A stretch of 64,000 nucleotides of DNA, from the NCBI GenBank assembly GCA_012295275.1, contig CM022670.1:5580001-5644000 (forward strand). Direction: 5' to 3'. Made by a program: the position numbers and the translations under genes. Below the pieces are notes generated by a model. That model searched no databases and was not told the DNA's origin. It saw only the letters and a list, made by a program, of their open reading frames with translations. Position 1 is the first letter of the stretch, and each line of letters starts with the position of its first letter. Positions 56,475-64,000 of the stretch are shown in pieces. This DNA comes from Chrysomallon squamiferum (taxonomy: Eukaryota > Animalia > Mollusca).

Positions 56475-59400
56475 TTACTGATCAAGTCATGTGGACCATA
56501 ACATATATAAATAATATAACTTTAAATATAAACTATAAAAGTTGTGACAAAAGTAAACACAGATATGTACGTACTGCAAAGTGAAGTGAGGTTTCATAGG
56601 ACAGATGACACCGTTATGAAAAAGTGATACGAGAAAACTGAAACCAAAAAAAAAAACAAAAACAAAAACATAAGCTATAATGCGGTGCCAGTGCTCGTAT
56701 ATAAAACTATTTGCAGTATAATATGCATATTTTAGATTATATTTCTACTAAAGTAATAAATTGAAAACTGAATACAAAAATGTGAAACTAACCTTTCAGC
56801 GATGTCGTCAAGATGCTGTCCTAATGCCAACACGTTGTAACCCTCTCTTCTCGCAGCAGCGTAGATCCGACCTCGCTTCATTCGACTGCAGAAACCACAG
56901 ATCGAAGAAAATTCATATGGGAGATTCTCAGTGACCTCCTGAATGCCTATGACAAACAAATGGATCGTGTTTTAATATTTTTTTCACATTAAAAATAAAC
57001 TTTGTCCAGTAGGATCAGTAAGTATAACAGTTCATACCAAGGCATTATCGTGCGATTCATGTCCTCTAAAAATTTAACAAAGCTGTGGAGAAAATGTAGG
57101 CAAAGCTAAAACAAAATTATTTCTTGTTCTGCTTCATATCTATAAAAATGTCCGGCAAATCAAGACCTCTTCCCTCTAATCCAATGGTCCCACATACTTG
57201 GAAAATTAACAGCAAAAAAACCCAAGTAAATAAATAAATTAAAATATAGTAAACAAACAAACAAACAAGCATAATAATAATAATAATAATAAATTTTAAG
57301 AACCCAAGGGAACAAAAAACACCAAACAATAAAAACAACAAACACACAAGCAGAATGAAGTAAAATGTATACATACACTCAGTTTCGTAAAAGAACGGCA
57401 CTCCAAGTTGAGACAAATACTGTTTGAGCGGTCGAGGGTCATACGACTCGGTCTGTGGCTCTACAGTGACTGCTCCAAACTCAAAGAAAATACCCTGTTA
57501 ACAAAGTATCATCACTGTGTCAAAATCTGTGTACAGTATCAAATAATATCTAGTGAATGTTTGAAGTAAATTTACATTTCTTTCTTCACTATTTCTCCCA
57601 TAAATGTACAAATGATAATGACTGTCGCTAATATCTAGTCAATACGTTATCTAATATCCAGTGTCTGATATAATATACAGTACTGACCTTTCTTCTCACA
57701 TAGAACTGATACTGTCTGATGTAACATCTAGTGACTGATATAATATACAGTACTGGCCTTTCCTCTCACATAGAACTGATACTGTCTGATGTAACATCTA
57801 GTGACTGATATAATATACAGTACTGACCTTTCCTCTCACATAGAACTGATACTGTCTGATGTAATATCCAGTGTCTGATATAATATACAGTACTGACCTT
57901 TCCTCTCACATAGAACTGATACTGTCTGATGTAACATCTAGTGACTGATATAATATACAGTACTGACCTTTCTTCTCACATAGAACTGATACTGTCTGAT
58001 GTAATATCCAGTGTCTGATATAATATACAGTACTGACCTTTCCTCTCACATAGAACTGATACTGTCTGATGTAACATCTAGTGACTGATATAATATACAG
58101 TACTGACCTTTCTTCTCACATAGAACTGATACTGTCTGATGTAACATCTAGTGACTGATATAATATACTGTACTGACCTTTCCTCTCACATAGAACTGAT
58201 ACTGTCTGATGTAATATCCAGTGTCTGATATAATATACAGTACTGACCTTTCTTCTCACATAGAACTGATACTGTCTGATGTAATATCCAGTGTCTGATA
58301 TAATATACAGTACTGACCTTTCCTCTCACATAGAACTGATACTGTCTGATGTAACATCTAGTGACAACTGATACTGTCTGATGTAACATCTAGTGACTGA
58401 TATAATATACTGTACTGACCTTTCCTCTCACATAGAACTGATACTGTCTGATGTAATATCCAGTGTCTGATATAATATACAGTACTGACCTTTCTTCTCA
58501 CATAGAACTGATACTGTCTGATGTAACATCTAGTGACTGATATAATATACAGTACTGACCTTTCTTCTCACATAGAACTGATACTGTCTGATGTAACATC
58601 TAGTGACTGATATAATATACTGTACTGACCTTTCCTCTCACATAGAACTGATACTGTCTGATGTAATATCCAGTGTCTGATATAATATACAGTACCCTTT
58701 CTTCTCATGAACTGATACTGTCTGATGTAATATCCAGTGTCTGATATAATTACAGTATTTTCCTCTCATTAACTGATACTGTCTGATGTAACATCTAGTG
58801 AAAATATAATATACATTTCTTCTCACATTACTGTCTGATGTAACATCTAGTGACTGATATAATATACTGTACTGACCTTTCCTCTCAAATATAATAATTT
58901 GTCTGTATAATATACAGTAAACATAGAACTGATTGTCTGATGTAATCTAGTGACTGATATAATATACAGTAAACATAGAACTGATACTGTCTGATGAACA
59001 TCTAGTTTATAATATACAGTACTGACCTTTCCTCTCACATAGAACTGATACTGTCTGATGGTGTGTAGAAGAGACAGAGAATCTTTTCCTCCAGACAGAC
59101 AAACAAGAACTCGGTCTCCAGGCTGTATCATGTTGTACTCCTCTATGGCCTGGAGTGAAAATATTTATTTAATTTCTGTGGTAAATAAATATTTCTGTTA
59201 GCAGAAATGCATTAGGAATTCAGAAATATCTTCATGATATTTCTTTGTAAGATTTATTTAATTTTATTAGTAATGTCAGTTAAATGTATTTTTAAAAATT
59301 AAAATGTTATTTCAAACTCTTACTAAACCAAGGTGTTATTTACAAGTCTTACAAAGCTAAAATTATATTGATCAAAATTTTTACTAAACTTAGATCATTA

Positions 59401-59480
59401 AGAACTTAAAAAATTGTAATGTTATTTAATAACCTTCACTACAGCTCTGAAGACTGATTTTGGAGGAAAAATCCATTTGT
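55582..59480 (-). other. TtcA-like PP-loop ATP pyrophosphatase / thiolase domain of the fusion gene
   Basis: [29 protein letters not shown] (PP-loop), first Cxx[24 protein letters not shown] motif and ERGRTKELL helix, in the order found in bacterial TtcA. Confidence 0.87.
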
Positions 59481-61560
59481 CTTCACATTCGTTGTACCCA
59501 CTGTCGTCAAACATGCTCTTTGCCAGACAAGTTTCCAGTTCACAAAATACGTTTCGATACTCTGTGTTGGAAGCACGTGACTTTATTACAGTGTAGCACG
59601 GCTGTTCGTTTGGGTTAGGCTTCAGTTTGTCCAGATTCGGAACTGTGTGTTCCTTCCCGCTCTCCGACAGAAAGAAATTGGTATCGTGTTTCACTGCTCT
59701 CATTTCAGAATTCAAACCTTTACCGTCAGACAGTGTTTCAGACGGTCTGAAGACCAGGCTCAAAGTGCCCCCTTTCTCACTTTCTGCATCATCTGTCAGT
59801 CTCCCACTACACTGGAGTCGAGATCGCACACACTGAATATAAGAAAAGAAAAGAAAAATAGAAACCTGTTTAAAATAAACAAGAAAACAAATATTAATCA
59901 CTATTTGTCCTCTCCATTCTTTTTCTTATTTAGATCTTCTATATCATTCATCATCATCATCATCATTATTGTTGTGTGTTTTTTTTGTTGTTGTTACTGA
60001 TTTAGTTTTTATAGTTGTTGTAATTGTTAATTTTCTTCTAGTAATGGTATAACTAAATCCTGCGTGTCAGAATGTTATCTGATTGAACGAATACGTTTTC
60101 AAAACAAAAAAGACAAATACTTTGATGTACCTTAAACGCAGATCTAATGACAGACTGGGGAAACTTTTTCTCGTATTTCTTCGTACAATGTGAAGCCAAG
60201 CTGGGAGATTTCACGACTGCTTTGTTTAGAGAATCGGCTGACGGGTTTGATGCTTTCAGCTGATCTGTGTTCTCTTGTATCTGACGATAGACTTCTGCGA
60301 TTTCCTCATATGTGGTTTCGAGAACAGAGGAATCAACCTCCTCGGCAGTGGTTTTTTCTGTCACAGTCTGCCTTTTACACAGACTGATCAGCGGCAAACA
60401 CGAAGTTGACTGAAACTGCGCTGAGTTCAGTTTATTTATCAGGGGCTGAGGTACAAACAGGAGGGAACTGAGCGGAATTCGAGGCACTGGTCTGTTGTTG
60501 AGACACTCGTAGGCTTCACTGGGAAGAACAAACCACCTGAACGGCTCACTCTCCTCATCAAACAACAGTGTCTGATCTGATAGTAACACTTTACTCTGAA
60601 ATATTCATATTGTACTCTGAACTATTCATACTTTACTCTGAAATATTCATATTTTACTCTGAAGTATTCATACTTTACTCTGAAATATTTATATTTGACT
60701 GAAGTATTCATACTTTACTCTGAAATATTCATATTTTACTCTGAAGTATTCATACTTTACTCTGAAATATTTATATTTGACTGAAGTATTCATACTTTAC
60801 TCTGAAATATTTATATTGTACTCTGAAGTATTCATACTTTACTCTGAAATATTCATATTGTACTCTGAAGCATTCATACTTTACTCTGAAATATTCATAT
60901 TTTACTCTGAAGTATTCATACTTTACTCTGAAATATTCATATTTTGACTCTGAAGTATTCATACTTTACTCTGAAATATTAATATTTTACTGTAACTTAT
61001 ATATATTTACTCTAAAATATTCATACTTTACTTTGAAATATTTATAATATCTTATAAAATATTCATACATTAACCTGAAATATTTATATTTTAATCTGAT
61101 GTAATTATACTTTACTCTGAAATATTAATATTTTAATCTGAAATATTAATATTTTAATATGAAATATTCATACTTTACAATTTATAACGAAATTCTATTC
61201 TTAAACTGTAAAATATTCAGATATAACTAACAAGCAAGGTTAATATTATGTAAAATATACTGGTTTTGAAATATGGGAAATTTACCTTCTTTGCGTTGTT
61301 GAAGATTTCTCTTGCCATTCGCAGACAATCCTGAATAATAAATGTGATAATTCAGAACGAAAAAAATCATTCTAATATTTTACCATTTAAAATTTAAACA
61401 TAAAGATGTGAAGAAAAACAAACAAAGAGAGAAGCACAAAAGCTAACCTGGTAGTCAGTAGGAAGAGGACCGTTCTCAGTCAGAAGAGTATTTTTTAATT
61501 TCATTTCTCCAGTCTTGTATGATATGTGAACAAGACATTTCCGATCCCTAAATGCCTGGC

Positions 61561-61620
<60 letters not shown>

Positions 61621-61645
61621 CAACAATTATAACAATAACAATAAG

Positions 61646-61676
<31 letters not shown>

Positions 61677-61719
61677 GATATTAGTAATTAAACATCAATA
61701 TTAAATTATTTTATTTTTT

Positions 61720-61751
<32 letters not shown>

Positions 61752-63893
61752 TTATATTTGTTGGAATTTTTTGTCATTTTTGTTTTTGGGAGGGGTTGGG
61801 GTGCCTTCATTTACCAACCTTAAAGTTCCTTTCTTTCCATTCTCCTGTTTCAGGGACTAGCATGTACTGAAATAAATAAAGGTAACTCTGTTAAAGTTCA
61901 TCTGTGACTTCGTGGGTATGGCATTTGTTATCTCACTATATCTGTTATAAGAATAACGTATACAGTGATATCTCACTATATCTGTATCAAAATACTGTGA
62001 TATACCACTCTATCTTTATACGAATAATGTACACTGTGATATCTCACTAACCATGTACAAGAATACTGTATAGAAGATATCTCACCATACTATATAATAC
62101 TGTATACGGTGATATCTCTCTATATCTATGGTGGTATACTAACTCACTATATCTATTGTAGTAGACTAATTCACTATACCTGTGATAGTAGACTAAGTCA
62201 CAGTGTTTATGACAGTAGACTAATTCACTAAAGCTGTGACAGTAGATTAAGTCACTATACCTGAGGTAGCAGACTGTGTGCATGCTGAGCTACAAGTTGG
62301 ATGGCTTCCAGTACAAACTGCAGACAGCTGTCATCAATGAAGTACGGCAGACTGAGCCTGGTAAATCCAGGTCGGAAACATCTGTAAATACATGTTTATC
62401 ACAACGAGGAAACACGTTTGAAATTAGTCACTGAAATGATGTAAAGAAGTATACACAGATAAATATTTATAAAAACAATAATCAGCAGTATGTTTAAATG
62501 CTTACTTTTGCATGTCGCAGTTTGAACGTCTTAGCGAGCCGGTATTTTCAGAACTGGAAAACAAATTACAGTGTTTATATACAGTTTGTAAATATACGCA
62601 CAACGTTTGACATTTGTTTTATACAAGTGTGTGTTATAATCACTGTAACAACAGTCTTAGTTTTGTCTTAAAGTGACAGCTCGGTCTGACTAGAATTAAA
62701 TAAATATTCAACTATCAGATTCTGTTTTAAAACATTATATGCTTTAAGTGATCTCTTCATGCAGGTCACTGTTAAAATTAATCTTTAATGATGGTAATTT
62801 AATACATTTTCAATGATATTTGGTTTAATTTTTGTCTACTGATGCCATTCCTAATAATAAACTACGACAGGACTATAATTCCTCGTGACAATAGATAGCA
62901 CGTTATTATTATAAATAACAAACAGGAGACTGCTTTTCTGACATTCTTACTCACCCATCACCAATCAGATAATGTTCAAGTTTCTCAGCTTTTGACTCGT
63001 CCAAACCAAGCAAATCCTTTAAAATAGAATACACATATTGAATTAATCATTTGGATGAAATAATCTTTTAAATGTTTTTAAACAATTACCAGTTTAAAGA
63101 TCTAGTTCTTAAGAAGATATCTAAAATTTATACACTAGATGAGTAAAAATAAATGACAGAGTGAAACAGATTACCAGAGCATATGGTCCTGCACAAGCAC
63201 AGCCTCCCCGGGCCTGAATTCCAAACAAGTCGTTGAGAACTGCACTGACAAAGTTGTAGTGTAGGAATCTGCCTGTTTCAGGGTGATATATGAGAAACGA
63301 AAACACAGGAAGTCGAGGGACATCCAGGTTTCCCAAAATAACCAGATTTTCACAATCCTTCCAGTACTTTTTAGCTTTGCTGTAACGGAGTATAAGTTAA
63401 ATCTGATAGAACCTCAGACAGCGTGAAACAGCAAACACAAAAACATATATTTTAAACACACAGATACGCGTGTCTCATTATCACTTACAACTGAATTAAT
63501 CAACGTATTCATACTCAGACATACACGTATCATAATAACACTACTAAATTAATATAGATATTTCATACTCACAGATGCACGTTTTAATAACTTACAAAAA
63601 CTAAATTAATAAACATATTTCATACAGATACACGTTCTTAAAATATCTTACACATAAATTAATGACATATCCCTTATACGGCATATAACAAATAAACAAA
63701 GGACACAGTGGATAATTAATAAATAATTGACTAACTTATACAGAAACTTTTCTTTCTCCATAATTGTCTTTACACTTATAGCTTCCTTCAGCTGAAAGAC
63801 AAGTCCCGCCCGGATTGATTCAACAATGGCAGGAGTCCCTCCTTCCTCTCTCTCCTCCAGCTCCTGCAGATAACGATGACGATCACGTCGAAC
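55582..63893 (-). CDS. Fusion protein: class-V aminotransferase (SufS-like cysteine desulfurase) plus TtcA-like PP-loop thiolase domain; 3' portion, 826 aa in window
   Basis: 17 phase-compatible GT-AG exons: 63736-63893, 63175-63379, 62955-63016, 62506-62553, 62261-62381, 61819-61866, 61448-61555, 61286-61330, 60131-60595, 59434-59832, 59027-59149, 57377-57494, 56793-56946, 56575-56637, 56218-56290, 55989-56045, 55582-55815 (2481 nt, TAA at 55582-55584). Motifs: [36 protein letters not shown] (desulfurase); [40 protein letters not shown] (TtcA). Confidence 0.9.
57652..59060. repeat. 70-bp minisatellite (~20 copies) containing the last 34 nt of the PP-loop exon and its 5' splice site
   Basis: Minus-strand unit tagatgttac-atcagacagtatcagttctatgtgagaggaaag|gtcagtactgtatattatatcagtcac. 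The terminal copy is the real exon end (59027-59060). Confidence 0.95.
60588..61180. repeat. 21-bp minisatellite (~28 copies, decaying distally) containing the 3' splice site of exon 60131-60595
   Basis: Minus-strand unit atgaatatttcag|agtaaagt, identical to the real acceptor at 60596/60595. Confidence 0.93.
61930..62278. repeat. Degenerate 27-bp (distally longer) tandem repeat containing the 5' splice site of exon 62261-62381
   Basis: Units start at 62144, 62171, 62198, 62225, 62252; tcactatacctgtgatagtagact (62171) versus real junction tcactatacctgaggtagcagact (62252). Confidence 0.75.
62261..63893 (-). other. Cysteine desulfurase (SufS/CsdA-like) C-terminal domain of the fusion gene
   Basis: EGGTP motif, then RGGCACAG matching the group II RxGxxCA catalytic-Cys loop, then PGFTRLS matching the conserved RxS strand. 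The PLP-binding Lys region is outside the window. Confidence 0.85.
63440..63670. repeat. Degenerate ~55-bp intronic tandem repeat
   Basis: Recurring cagatacacgt...aattaat...tttcatac. Confidence 0.6.
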
Positions 63894-64000
63894 CTGAACA
63901 GAAATTCACTAATCACAATACTTCGTTCTTCACATTAAATTCCTCTTCTTACACATATGTCACATTAAATAAATTTCTTTATCTAACATAATCAGCCAAA

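Noticed and set aside
57038-57065. Possible extra micro-exon in the TtcA region (tttttag|agg...ttg|gtatga)
   Set aside because: It would create TAG at the junction, and the flanking exons already join in frame.
62439-62452. 14-nt match to the miR-1 body (atgtaaagaagtat)
   Set aside because: Seed absent and no hairpin partner; chance match.
55582-63893. Bacterial contamination or recent horizontal transfer as the source of the TtcA-like gene
   Set aside because: Sixteen canonical introns containing host-type microsatellites and minisatellites show long residence in this genome.

Overview
AT-rich animal genomic DNA, most likely a mollusc judging from the neuropeptide family. It has spliceosomal GT-AG introns and very many local minisatellites. 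Three genes can be built by hand with consistent splice phases. (1) + strand: the 3' part of a CCDC158-like coiled-coil gene, 11 exons, 160-7792. (2) - strand: a complete 176-aa neuropeptide precursor (signal-peptide exon 17615-17687, peptide exon 14763-15220) encoding FNHMFVamide x5, PYNHMFVamide and PLAYRMFVamide, of the enterin / Mytilus-inhibitory-peptide type. (3) - strand: the 3' part of a 17-exon fusion gene (55582-63893, continuing beyond the window) joining a SufS-type cysteine desulfurase to a TtcA-like PP-loop thiolase that appears to lack its second CxxC motif. Between (2) and (3) is a ~38 kb region with no recognisable gene, made of CpG-richer unique islands alternating with tandem arrays, plus one decayed RTE LINE. 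Most unusual: five introns are filled by minisatellites whose unit contains the adjacent real splice junction, creating arrays of decoy splice sites; a 47-bp copy of the neuropeptide exon start lies 2.1 kb downstream with an in-phase AG; and the desulfurase-TtcA fusion itself. All protein family calls are from memory of motifs; no database search was run.
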